Assembly: GCA_043825875.1 (NCBI GenBank)
Contig: JBDRRF010000054.1
Location: 1 to 38,907, forward strand
DNA from: Pseudomonadota bacterium
GTDB taxonomy: Bacteria > Desulfobacterota > Desulfobacteria > Desulfobacterales > RPRI01
Direction of reading: 5' to 3'
Length of the DNA: 38,907 nucleotides
Shown in pieces: positions 29,582 to 38,311 of the stretch. A program made the position numbers and the translations under genes. Position 1 is the stretch's first letter; each line of letters begins with the position of its first letter. Below the pieces are notes generated by a model. It was not told the origin of the DNA, ran no database searches, and saw only the letters and a program-made list of their open reading frames with translations.

Positions 29582-30298
29582 TTACGGTTCAAGCTCTTCG
29601 GAAAGCAATATCGCTTCAGCCACACTCCTTATAGATTTTCTCGTATCCATACTTCGTTTTCGTATCCAACGATATGCTTCATCGCCGCTTTTATTCCGGC
29701 GGAGCATAAGAATTTCTTTAGCTTTTTCAATAAGTTTTCTGGTTTCAAGCTCTTCCTGAATCACTTTTGTTTTAACCATCAATTCTGTATTCATTATCGC
29801 AGCTGCAGCCTGGTTAGCAACTGTTCGTATAAGATTGACTTCTATTTCAGAAAACTTTCTCGGAACAGATGTAAAACAGTTTAAAACACCTATTATATTT
29901 TCTTCTTTAACCTCAAGGGGAACACCAACCATGGAAACAAGACCCAACTTTTTTGCCATTTCCTTTTCCTTGAAATTGGGTTCTTTTAGCACATCTTCAA
30001 TTATCAGCGGTTTTTTGTTTGTTGCTACAAAACCTACCACACCTTCGTTCATGTTTAATGAACGATCTTTGACATAGTAAGGGTCCAGTGCCTGTGTTGC
30101 TTTAAGACGGATTTTAGGAGGAGATTCATTTTCATCTATAAGCCAGAGAGAACATATTTCAACGCCTGTTACCTTGGCAGTTACCATTACTATAAGCTTT
30201 AGAATATCTTCAAGATATAAGTCAGATGTGATTACTCTGCTTATATCCATAAGAGCCTTTATATATTTATCGTGGGTTTCGGGAGAAGCAATTTCCAT
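29582..30298 (-). CDS. GAF and ANTAR domain RNA-binding regulator
   Basis: GAF motifs CSLWL, EGVVG, IIGVLN, ANQAA; ANTAR motif LETRKLIEKAKEILM..AYRWIRKRSMD..VAEAI. Confidence 0.92.
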   Translation of the reverse strand: MEIASPETHDKYIKALMDISRVITSDLYLEDILKLIVMVTAKVTGVEICSLWLIDENESPPKIRLKATQALDPYYVKDRSLNMNEGVVGFVATNKKPLIIEDVLKEPNFKEKEMAKKLGLVSMVGVPLEVKEENIIGVLNCFTSVPRKFSEIEVNLIRTVANQAAAAIMNTELMVKTKVIQEELETRKLIEKAKEILMLRRNKSGDEAYRWIRKRSMDTRKSIRSVAEAILLSEELEP

Positions 30299-30651
30299 AG
30301 CATTAAATTTACATAAAATATCTATCCGGACAACCGGGATTATTAAAACTTTTACATTTGATGGTATATATTATTATATAAACCATCAAATTAAACCGTA
30401 TTTATTTTTTATATTGAACTGCAAGTTGTGTCAACAATTACCAAAATTCAGTTAGCAGCAATTCTTTGTAAATGTAATTTTTGATCAACTGATTTTTCAA
30501 TAATACAAAGAGTTACTGAAACACTATGATAAAGACAGGGAAATTAGTAACAAAAGTAAATCTCTTGCCGCAGCGCAGGTAGTTTCAGAAAGTCTATCAG
30601 AAAAAGGACAATTACCGGGAAAGCCCCTTTGGAACCATTTGCTAATTTAAG

Positions 30652-31344
30652 CTAAATGTTTTTATCAACAGAAGAAAGCATCTTATTCACAACCGCTTCA
30701 ATATCAAGATCGGTTGAATCTAATATGATAGCATCTTTGGCCGGTTTTAAAGGAGCGAGTTTCCTGTTTTTGTCGTTTTCATCACGAAGCTTTATATCGC
30801 TTTCGATTTCCTCTAATGTGATAGAGTCTTTTGTTCCGGATAATTCCTTAAATCTCCTAATAGCTCTTGTTTTAACGGAAGCATCAAGATAAAATTTTAC
30901 ATCGGCCATGGGAAAAACAACAGTGCCCATATCGCGTCCTTCAAAAACAGCCCCCTTTTCTTTACCAAGTTCTTTTTGCAGGAAAAGAAGATATTTTCTT
31001 ACTACCATTCTTGCAGAAACCGCAGAGGCAAGCATAGACATCTCAGGAGTTCGGATTTCATCTGATATGTCAGTATGATTGGATAAAAGGCGAAGCCCTT
31101 TATCATTTCTTATAAACTCAAAACTAAGAGTTTCGCAAAGCTTTTCAAGCTTTAAATCATCATCAGGGCTGATATTATGTTTTTTCGCTTCATAGGCAAC
31201 ACCCCTGTAAAGAGCACCTGTATCAATATATTTATACCCAAGGCGTTCAGCCAATATCTTACTCACCGTAGTTTTGCCGGCACCAGCAGGACCGTCTATG
31301 GTTATAAGAAGAAGTTTTGCGACAGTATCGGCATTGTTATTCAT
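30652..31344 (-). CDS. cmk: Cytidylate kinase
   Basis: Motifs IDGPAGAGKTT, DTGALYR, EGRDMGTVVFP and APLKPAKDA. Overlaps the hisC stop (ATGA). Confidence 0.96.
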   Translation of the reverse strand: MNNNADTVAKLLLITIDGPAGAGKTTVSKILAERLGYKYIDTGALYRGVAYEAKKHNISPDDDLKLEKLCETLSFEFIRNDKGLRLLSNHTDISDEIRTPEMSMLASAVSARMVVRKYLLFLQKELGKEKGAVFEGRDMGTVVFPMADVKFYLDASVKTRAIRRFKELSGTKDSITLEEIESDIKLRDENDKNRKLAPLKPAKDAIILDSTDLDIEAVVNKMLSSVDKNI

Positions 31345-32429
31345 GACAGCACCTTTTTGAGAGCATTTATAAAACGTATATTTTCTTCATGCAACCCGAT
31401 GCTGACCCTAATGTATTCGGGATATCCATAGGAAGTCATCGACCTTACAATTACTCCAAGTCTTAGCATGCTTTCAAAAACTTCATCTGCGCTCTTTTTA
31501 ACATCAATTAAAAAAAAGTTCGCCTGCGTTGGGAAAAATTTGACCCCGATTGCATTTAATGATTCATACATAAATTCAAGTTCATCATGAACAAGCTTTA
31601 TTGTTTTATTAAAAAACTCCACGTCTCCAAGTGCAGCAGCAGCGCCGGCCTGAGCAAGAGAACTGGCATTAAAAGGAGGTCTGATCCTGTTTAAAATGCC
31701 AGCAATATATTCTGGCATAACACCATAACCTATCCGTAAACCCGCCAGTCCGTAAATTTTTGAAAAAGTACGAAGTGTAACAACATTAAGTCCTGAATTG
31801 ATATAATCTAAACCCCTTGCACAATCTTTGTCACGGACAAATTCCATATATGCTTCATCCATAACAACAATAACATCATCAGGAACTTTTTTAATAAATT
31901 TTTCAAAGTTCTTTTTTGAAATAACTGTCCCGGTTGGATTATTAGGATTACACAAAAATATCAAGCGGGTTTTATCCGTAATCGCTTCTGCAATTGCATC
32001 AAGATCGATTGAAAGAGATTTTAAAGGAACAAATAAAAGCTTTGCGCCAGCACTCTTAGCCGATATTTCATACATCAGAAAAGAAGGCTTTGGTATTATT
32101 ACTTCATCTTCCGGTAAAAGAAACGCGGTTGTAAGCATTTCTATTATTTCATCGGAGCCGTTTCCTAAAACAATGTTATTAGATGAAACCTTAAGATGCT
32201 TTGAAAGCTTGTTCACGAGTTCACAACCGCTTCCATCCGGATACCGGTTTAACCCTGATAGTACTTTCTCAATAGCAAAAAGAGCCATTGGAGAAGGCCC
32301 AAGAGGATTTTCGTTTGAAGCCAGCTTTATGGAACCTGATATCCCATACTCTCTTTCAAGCTCTTCAATGGGCTTTCCCGGAACATAAGGTTTTATGGAA
32401 AGTATATGTTCAGGAGCTTTAAGTTTCAT
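31341..32429 (-). CDS. hisC: Histidinol-phosphate aminotransferase
   Basis: Motifs KLASNENPLG, GNGSDE, NPNNPTG, DEAY and RTFSKIYGLAGLRIGY. Confidence 0.95.
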   Translation of the reverse strand: MKLKAPEHILSIKPYVPGKPIEELEREYGISGSIKLASNENPLGPSPMALFAIEKVLSGLNRYPDGSGCELVNKLSKHLKVSSNNIVLGNGSDEIIEMLTTAFLLPEDEVIIPKPSFLMYEISAKSAGAKLLFVPLKSLSIDLDAIAEAITDKTRLIFLCNPNNPTGTVISKKNFEKFIKKVPDDVIVVMDEAYMEFVRDKDCARGLDYINSGLNVVTLRTFSKIYGLAGLRIGYGVMPEYIAGILNRIRPPFNASSLAQAGAAAALGDVEFFNKTIKLVHDELEFMYESLNAIGVKFFPTQANFFLIDVKKSADEVFESMLRLGVIVRSMTSYGYPEYIRVSIGLHEENIRFINALKKVLS

Positions 32430-32462
32430 TCTAATATTCCTATCAATCTCCCCAGGGGGAAA

Positions 32463-33002
32463 TTACTGATTCAAAGCTGCCTGTCTGCCGCTTTCAAGAG
32501 CCTGCATATTAAGGGGTATCAGTTTTTCTTTACTTGCAAATTCAGCTTTGACACATTTTTTTAATATCTCAAAATCCACCATCTTGCTGCGGGCGACAAA
32601 CGCTCCTAAAGCAACAATATTTGAAGCTTTCATGCTTCCAATATCTTTTGCAATCTCTGATACCGAGACCTTGATTTCATCTATATCTTTACGACCCGAA
32701 TCAATTTGTATAAGCGAACTGTTTATCATAATCACTCCGCCCGGTTTAACAGCGGGTGCGAATTTTTCGAGCGAAGGCCGGTTCATTGCCACTAAATGCA
32801 AAGGATTCGCCACAATAGGAGAAGCAATCGGTCTATCACTTATCACAACCATGCAATATGCAGTACCACCTCTCATTTCAGGGCCATATGATGGTATCCA
32901 GACAACCTCATGGCCCTCTTCCAAAGCAGCTTCTGCCAGAATTTTTGCGCTAAAAAGAATCCCCTGCCCCCCGAAACCGGCAAACATTACTTCACGTTGC
33001 AT
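32463..33002 (-). CDS. 2-oxoacid:ferredoxin oxidoreductase gamma subunit
   Basis: Motifs AGFGGQG and PSYGPEMRGG. Confidence 0.92.
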   Translation of the reverse strand: MQREVMFAGFGGQGILFSAKILAEAALEEGHEVVWIPSYGPEMRGGTAYCMVVISDRPIASPIVANPLHLVAMNRPSLEKFAPAVKPGGVIMINSSLIQIDSGRKDIDEIKVSVSEIAKDIGSMKASNIVALGAFVARSKMVDFEILKKCVKAEFASKEKLIPLNMQALESGRQAALNQ

Positions 33003-33756
33003 TATCTCCTCCTTTTGCCTGCAGCGGGGTCTTATATTCTCCTAAAGGATAATAGGGAAGAAGTGTTTCCTCAGCCCATTTTACTGCATCAACAGGGGTA
33101 AGCCCCCAGTTTGTAGGACATGTACTTATAAGTTCAACAAAGCTAAAACACCTGCGCTCAAGCTGATATTCAAAAGCCGTTTTAATAGCTTTTTTTGCTT
33201 TTACAATATACTTTGGCTTTATAACCGATTGCCTTGAAATATATGCCGGTGTCTGAAGGGCCGAAAGCAATTCGGCAACTTTAATGGGCATTCCTACATC
33301 TTCAACATCGCGACCAGAAGGTGAAGTAGTTGTACGCTGACCAGGCATGGTTGTGGGAGCCATCTGACCGCCAGTCATACCGTAAACTGCATTGTTTATG
33401 AATATAGTAGTAAACTTCTCCCCCCTGTTTGCAGCATGAATGATTTCACCCATACCAATACTTGCAAGATCTCCATCGCCCTGATAAGTAAAAACCACAA
33501 GATCAGGACGTACCCTTTTTATCCCGGTCGCCATTGCCGGAGCACGCCCATGTGCTGCTTCCTGAAAATCAAACGTAAAATAATTATAAGCCATTACCGC
33601 ACAACCAACAGGCGCAATACCTACCGTTTTTCCAGCTACGCCAAGCTCGTCAATTACTTCCGCTACAAGCCTGTGAGCAACACCATGAGTGCAGCCCGGA
33701 CAATAATGAGTAACCTGATCTGCAAGGCAATCCGGTTTTTTAAATGTTTTTCCCAT
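32992..33756 (-). CDS. 2-oxoacid:ferredoxin oxidoreductase beta (TPP-binding) subunit
   Basis: Motifs YCPGCTHG, YQGDGDLASIG, NNAVYGMTGGQ and CPTNW. Confidence 0.92.
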   Translation of the reverse strand: MGKTFKKPDCLADQVTHYCPGCTHGVAHRLVAEVIDELGVAGKTVGIAPVGCAVMAYNYFTFDFQEAAHGRAPAMATGIKRVRPDLVVFTYQGDGDLASIGMGEIIHAANRGEKFTTIFINNAVYGMTGGQMAPTTMPGQRTTTSPSGRDVEDVGMPIKVAELLSALQTPAYISRQSVIKPKYIVKAKKAIKTAFEYQLERRCFSFVELISTCPTNWGLTPVDAVKWAEETLLPYYPLGEYKTPLQAKGGDNAT

Positions 33757-33774
33757 TAGTTATTTACTACTCCT

Positions 33775-34842
33775 TTAAAGATACGACTTTACCGCATCCA
33801 TTATTTCTTCAGGCGTAGGCACATCACCGCCACAACTTCCATACCATTCCACAGGGCACTTCCCTTGAACACATCTTTCAACATCTTCAACCATCTGCCC
33901 CATACTCATCTCAATGCTTAACGCCATTTTACAGCTGTTTTTAGATGCCGCTTCCAAAACGGCTTTTTCAGGAAACGGAAACAATGTTTTTGGTCTTATC
34001 AAACCGATCTCAATTCCTTCATCCTTCATATTATCAACAGCCGTTTTACAGACCCTGCTCATTGTTCCATAACTGACTATAAGCAAACTGTAATCATTAT
34101 CTGTATTGTATGATTCCCACATGACGTCTTCGCGTTTCATGCGGTTATACTTTTCTTTAAGGGTCAGATTATTGTTATTGAGCACAACCGGATCAAGAAA
34201 AAGGGACTTTACAATATTTTTTTTTGTACTCTTTCTTGTATCCATCCCGTTTGTGGCCCAGGAATCTTTGTTGGTAGGTTCTGATGTTAAGTGTTCGGGA
34301 AATTCCACTGGTTCCATCATCTGCCCGATAAGACCATCACCTACAATCATAACAGGATTTCGGTATTTCTCCGCAAGAGGAAAAGCCATCATAACCATCT
34401 CGACTGCTTCCTGAACGCTCGCTGGCGCCATAACAAGTAATCTGTAATCCCCATGACCGCCGCCTTTTGTTGCCTGAAAATAATCGGCTTGAGATGGAAG
34501 AATTCCACCCAATCCTGGGCCTCCTCTCATGATATTTACAAATACCGCAGGGCACTGGGCGCCTGCAATATAGCTTATCGCTTCGCTCATAAGGCTAATT
34601 CCAGGACTTGATGAAGTTGTAAATACCCTTTCGCCGCAAGCAGATGCGCCAAAAACCATATATCCTACTGCGACTTCACTCTCACCTTGTAAAAATACGC
34701 CACCAACTTCAGGCATGCGATATGAAAGGTACTCCGAAACTTCAGACTGAGGAGTAATGGGATAGGCAAAGTAATTCAGGCAACCTGCTCTGATTGCCGC
34801 TTCACCTATTGCTTCATTTCCCTTCATCAAAATCTTTCCCAT
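33775..34842 (-). CDS. vorB: 2-oxoacid:ferredoxin oxidoreductase alpha subunit (VorB-type)
   Basis: Motifs MKGNEAIGEAA, YPITPQSE, SSSPGISL and RGGPGLG...GGGHGDY. Confidence 0.88.
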   Translation of the reverse strand: MGKILMKGNEAIGEAAIRAGCLNYFAYPITPQSEVSEYLSYRMPEVGGVFLQGESEVAVGYMVFGASACGERVFTTSSSPGISLMSEAISYIAGAQCPAVFVNIMRGGPGLGGILPSQADYFQATKGGGHGDYRLLVMAPASVQEAVEMVMMAFPLAEKYRNPVMIVGDGLIGQMMEPVEFPEHLTSEPTNKDSWATNGMDTRKSTKKNIVKSLFLDPVVLNNNNLTLKEKYNRMKREDVMWESYNTDNDYSLLIVSYGTMSRVCKTAVDNMKDEGIEIGLIRPKTLFPFPEKAVLEAASKNSCKMALSIEMSMGQMVEDVERCVQGKCPVEWYGSCGGDVPTPEEIMDAVKSYL

Positions 34843-34877
34843 GTTCTTTCTCCCGTTTATTTCAAACTATATTTCCG

Positions 34878-35096
34878 TTATTCATCCTTTACTTCCGTTA
34901 TGCTAATGGCTGCATCCGGACACATAATACAACATGTTGAACAGAAAACGCAGTTCTCATGGCGTGCCTGGTAAGCTGAAAAATAACCTTTTTCATTCAC
35001 ATCTGTTGATATTTCAAGAATTTTTTTAGGACACACATCCACACACAAACCGCACCCCTTGCATAAGTCTAAATCTATATAATGTTTGTAAGCCAT
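34878..35096 (-). CDS. 2x[4Fe-4S] ferredoxin (oxidoreductase delta subunit)
   Basis: CKGCGLCVDVCP and CVFCSTCCIMCP. Confidence 0.93.
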   Translation of the reverse strand: MAYKHYIDLDLCKGCGLCVDVCPKKILEISTDVNEKGYFSAYQARHENCVFCSTCCIMCPDAAISITEVKDE

Positions 35097-35180
35097 TTAC
35101 ACTCCCTAACTAACTATAAGCCACCTTTTGAAAACTATAATTTTAAGGCAGACAGAATCTATGGTTTTACAGCAAATCAA

Positions 35181-35226
35181 TTTTTATCCCGGTTTTAACC
35201 GGGTTTTTATCCTGGTTTTATCCAGG
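35181..35226 (-). repeat. 23-bp tandem repeat forming twin hairpins
   Basis: mRNA strand reads CCTGG-ATAAAA-CCAGG-ATAAAAA-CCCGG-TTAAAA-CCGGG. Confidence 0.7.
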
Positions 35227-35893
35227 GCGGAACAAGCTGCCTTTTTAATGTCAAAACAGGGCACAAAAATTGTTTCATATCTACTTTGCCGGAAAGCGAA
35301 GAAGGAATTGTTATAAATTCCAGCGGTAGCCCGGTATTATCTGAAACCATTGAAACAAACTTATATCCTTTATGAATAATATCAATGGTCGTTTCATTAA
35401 TAAGATTTGCATTGCCTATGATACCGCTAATGCGCATCCCGGAAACTTTTTCTATCCCTTCTTTTGCTTTAATACAACCTTTTAAGGTATCGGTAAAAGG
35501 CCTGTAAGGATTTATAACCTGTAACAGGCGATATTCCCTGCCTTTAAAAGCATCTCCAAGAGCAGCAAGCACCCTACCCCCTGGCTTATCTCCGCCAACA
35601 TCCAATATAGTAAGCTGTCGCTGATTTCTTATGAGTCCTGAAACAGCCGGATCTAATATGGCAAGATCGGCATGAAGATATTTTTCCGGCGGCAAAACAA
35701 CTTCTATACCAAGCTTAATAAGCTGCTTTCTTGCCTCACGCGTTCTAAAATAAGGGTTTATAAGATCAAGATCCGCAATGCTTACATCCACCCCGGCAAG
35801 TTTTTTCTCAACTGCCAAATTTACTGAAATTTCGGTTTTACCGCTACCGTAATTTCCAACTATTACAACAATTCCCTCAAGCAAAATATCCAT
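35207..35893 (-). CDS. P-loop ATP-binding protein of the type found upstream of vor operons
   Basis: Motifs GNYGSGKTE, DLDLINPYFRTRE and DVGGD. Likely start ATG 35893; the track start is 35929. Confidence 0.8.
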   Translation of the reverse strand: MDILLEGIVVIVGNYGSGKTEISVNLAVEKKLAGVDVSIADLDLINPYFRTREARKQLIKLGIEVVLPPEKYLHADLAILDPAVSGLIRNQRQLTILDVGGDKPGGRVLAALGDAFKGREYRLLQVINPYRPFTDTLKGCIKAKEGIEKVSGMRISGIIGNANLINETTIDIIHKGYKFVSMVSDNTGLPLEFITIPSSLSGKVDMKQFLCPVLTLKRQLVPPWIKPG

Positions 35894-36304
35894 ATTCACC
35901 AATTGCCGTAAAAAATCCAGGGTGACCAAAATAATAATCTATTTTAAATCAGACTATTATGTGTTTAGGTTTCCAAACATCTAAAACGTAAACTTTTTAA
36001 ATATTTTTTAATTATGTTTATGTCAAGATTTATAAATTTGATTAACCAATTACGGCATTCAACCTGGCCATCGCCTGCAAATAAACACTGCGTATACATA
36101 TTATTTTTTCCCATACATAAAAAAATGTTACGCAAAGACTTTGCATAAAACTTATTTGATTATAAATCAAAATTGGTGTAAAAATGAGTATATTCCAAGA
36201 ACGGATTTTTTTCAGAAGCTTGGCATTAACTACTTCATATTATTATATATTTTATGAATGTTATGGCCAATTCCCCTATTTCAAATCAAACAACGGAGGA
36301 TTCG

Positions 36305-36775
36305 ATGATTAAAACATTTATAAAAGTATTACTGTTAATTGTCTTCACCGCAGCCGGTTATAATCTATTTATGCTCCAAACAGGGTATGCTCACTGTCAG
36401 ATTCCATGTGGAATTTACAATGATTATGCCAGGGTTCAATCAATGCTTGAAGATGCCGATACCATAGAAAAATCAGCCAAATTAATTGCTGAATTAGCAG
36501 GAAAACCTGATGCGCAATCTCAAAACCAATTGGTTCGCTGGGTAATGAACAAGGAAAAACACGCCCAAAATATCATCTCTACAATCAGTGATTACTTTTT
36601 AACCCAAAGGGTTAAACCGGATCAAAAAGATTATTCCGAACGTTTAATAAAACATCATACGGTAATCATTACAGCAATGAAAGCTAAACAAAATGCTGAT
36701 GTGAAATATGTAAAAGCCTTAAGGGAAAGCATTCAAGCTCTCTTATCTTACTATCCTGAACACACGCATAATTAA
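36305..36775 (+). CDS. sodN: Nickel superoxide dismutase precursor with signal peptide
   Basis: Ni-hook HCQIPCGIY follows a hydrophobic leader ending GYA; later RWVMNKEKHA. RBS GGAGGA precedes ATG 36305. Confidence 0.9.
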   Translation: MIKTFIKVLLLIVFTAAGYNLFMLQTGYAHCQIPCGIYNDYARVQSMLEDADTIEKSAKLIAELAGKPDAQSQNQLVRWVMNKEKHAQNIISTISDYFLTQRVKPDQKDYSERLIKHHTVIITAMKAKQNADVKYVKALRESIQALLSYYPEHTHN

Positions 36776-36803
36776 CGCATAAGCATAACATTTCGGAGGG
36801 ATT

Positions 36804-37207
36804 ATGAAATATAGAGCTTTTATCTTGATCTATGCCTTAATTTTCCTATTAACCCTGAGTACTGCCGATTGTATGGCAGCTGATTATTCCAATCGTATGA
36901 TACTGAAATTGGATGCATCCGGCTCCATGTGGGGGCAAATTGATGGGAAGGCCAAGATTGTAATCGCCAAAGAAGTGTTAAATGATCTGATCGATACTAT
37001 GCCGCAGGATTTCAGCCATCAGCCCTAAAGGTAAAACCCCTCTGAGCAAAGCTGTACGCCAAGCTGCAAATACCCTGCGTTATACGGAGGAGCAGGCCAA
37101 GTGTTGTTCTGGTTAGTGATGGCCTTGAAACATGCGATATTGACCCATGCGAACTGGCAAAAGAACTTGCTATGAGCTGTGTGGATTTTACGGTTCATGT
37201 AAAATGA
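36804..37207 (+). pseudogene. Secreted von Willebrand factor A domain protein, with deletion, frameshifts and truncation
   Basis: Signal peptide and LDASGSMWGQ, then ISPKGKTPLSKAVRQAA and VVLVSDGLETCDIDPC..FTVHV after successive frameshifts, stopping at 37205-37207. Confidence 0.85.
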
Positions 37208-37227
37208 TAATTTTTAATTTGGGATGG

Positions 37228-37475
37228 CTATAGTTTATTTTTCTTTGCCCGCTGGACAGGGTAAAAGAGATCTTCGAACAAAAGTTTAATTTCAGTTGAC
37301 GGGATATTATCTATAGCCAATCTTAGTTGTGAGGACCGTGGTATAGCAAATACGTTAAACATCGTTTTGAGATTGTTCAATTGTTTTATATCCTGCAATC
37401 GCTGCTGAAAGGCATTAATTGACAGGTCTTAAAAACATCATGACGAAAGTACTCTATTAACAATCATACAGGCAA
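37228..37475 (-). pseudogene. Decayed transposase N-terminal fragment (family tentatively ISNCY-like)
   Basis: Minus strand: LYDC**STFVMMF, frameshift, *DLSINAFQQRLQDIKQLNNLKTMFNVFAIPRSSQLRLAIDNI..LFEDLFYPVQRAK. Resembles a recalled transposase pattern (MMFFQDPS..FQ.RL..NNL.TLF.V..IP.D.Q.R..ID). Confidence 0.65.
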
Positions 37476-37697
37476 TATATAAGTATTCCAAATAGATTGC
37501 TTTTGCGAAAAATAATTTCAAGTTTTGTTTTTAAATGGTTATATTATATAGTTTATTATTTCACCGGGAATTGCTGAAAGTAAGCTTGAAAGCAGATAAA
37601 TATTAATGAATTTTTTATAATTAATAGGCTTTTAACTATTGAAATTATTTTTTTTATCTGGTAGTAAATATTAACTTATACTCACACTTTATTTAAC

Positions 37698-37773
37698 GCC
37701 CCCGTAGCTCAGTGGATAGAGCAATGGATTCCTAATCCATTGGCCGCAGGTCCGATTCCTGCCGGGGGTACCA
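37698..37773 (+). tRNA. tRNA-Arg (anticodon CCT)
   Basis: Acceptor stem GCCCCCG/CGGGGGT, D-arm GCTC/GAGC, anticodon arm ATGGA-TTCCTAA-TCCAT, T-arm GCAGG/CCTGC, encoded CCA. Confidence 0.95.
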
Positions 37774-37800
37774 ATAGATACATAAATAAACAATAAATTG

Positions 37801-37942
37801 TAGCCAGTTTCAAAACGCCCCATTTTGGCCGATCTCTGCGTTGGACGCAAATTTCAATCCTCGAAATACTAAATGTATTCCTGTGGTTGAAATTTTCTCC
37901 CGCCTTGAGCTTGACCAAACTGAAACGTTTTGAAAGTGGCTC
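37801..37942 (+). mobile_element. 142-bp MITE-like palindromic element, copy 3
   Basis: 138/142 identical to 3270-3411; flanks are ATTG / CTTG; lies 27 bp downstream of the tRNA. Confidence 0.85.
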
Positions 37943-37989
37943 CTTGCATTTTATTTTTTTGTGATTTTTTCTCAGACACTTTGCACTTG

Positions 37990-38027
37990 CTGACAATTTT
38001 TGTTTTGATTTTAACAAAAATTGTCAG
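37990..38027. promoter_or_regulatory. Perfect 15-bp inverted repeat, candidate enhancer-binding-protein (PilR-type) site
   Basis: CTGACAATTTTTGTT-N8-AACAAAAATTGTCAG, about 105-145 bp upstream of a sigma54 motif. Confidence 0.55.
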
Positions 38028-38131
38028 ATACTCTTATTTTTTTTATAATAAATAAATCTCATCCTTAAATATTGTATTGTTTAGATTGTAAAATTAGCGT
38101 ATTATAATTTCCAAGAAAAGAATAAGAGTAA

Positions 38132-38147
38132 TGGTATGTTCTTTGCT
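38132..38147 (+). promoter_or_regulatory. Sigma54 (-24/-12) promoter of the pilin gene
   Basis: TGGTATG-TTCT-TTGCT with exact GG-N10-GC spacing. Confidence 0.7.
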
Positions 38148-38311
38148 TTACACATGTTCAAGTATTTATTTTATGAAAAACACTATCCGGTTCAATTATT
38201 TTAACAAAAATATAAAGGGGGTATGCAGATCAAAAATATTAAAATGGTTTTATACTCTAAAAATTTAACATTATCAGTTTAATTATAAACAAAAAAAAAG
38301 GAGACAAAAAA

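Noticed and set aside
30504..30650. Stop-free + strand stretch and moderately GC-rich sequence downstream of cmk
   Set aside because: No convincing start/RBS, no recognised motif and no clear RNA structure.
31828..33045. Long antisense ORFs over hisC and the gamma subunit (also those over fumA, pabBC and vorB)
   Set aside because: Shadow frames of well-supported genes, with no independent motifs.
37225..37319. TGGCTATAG / CTATAGCCA inverted repeat
   Set aside because: Short, single-copy and largely within the transposase relic; no evidence of a separate element.
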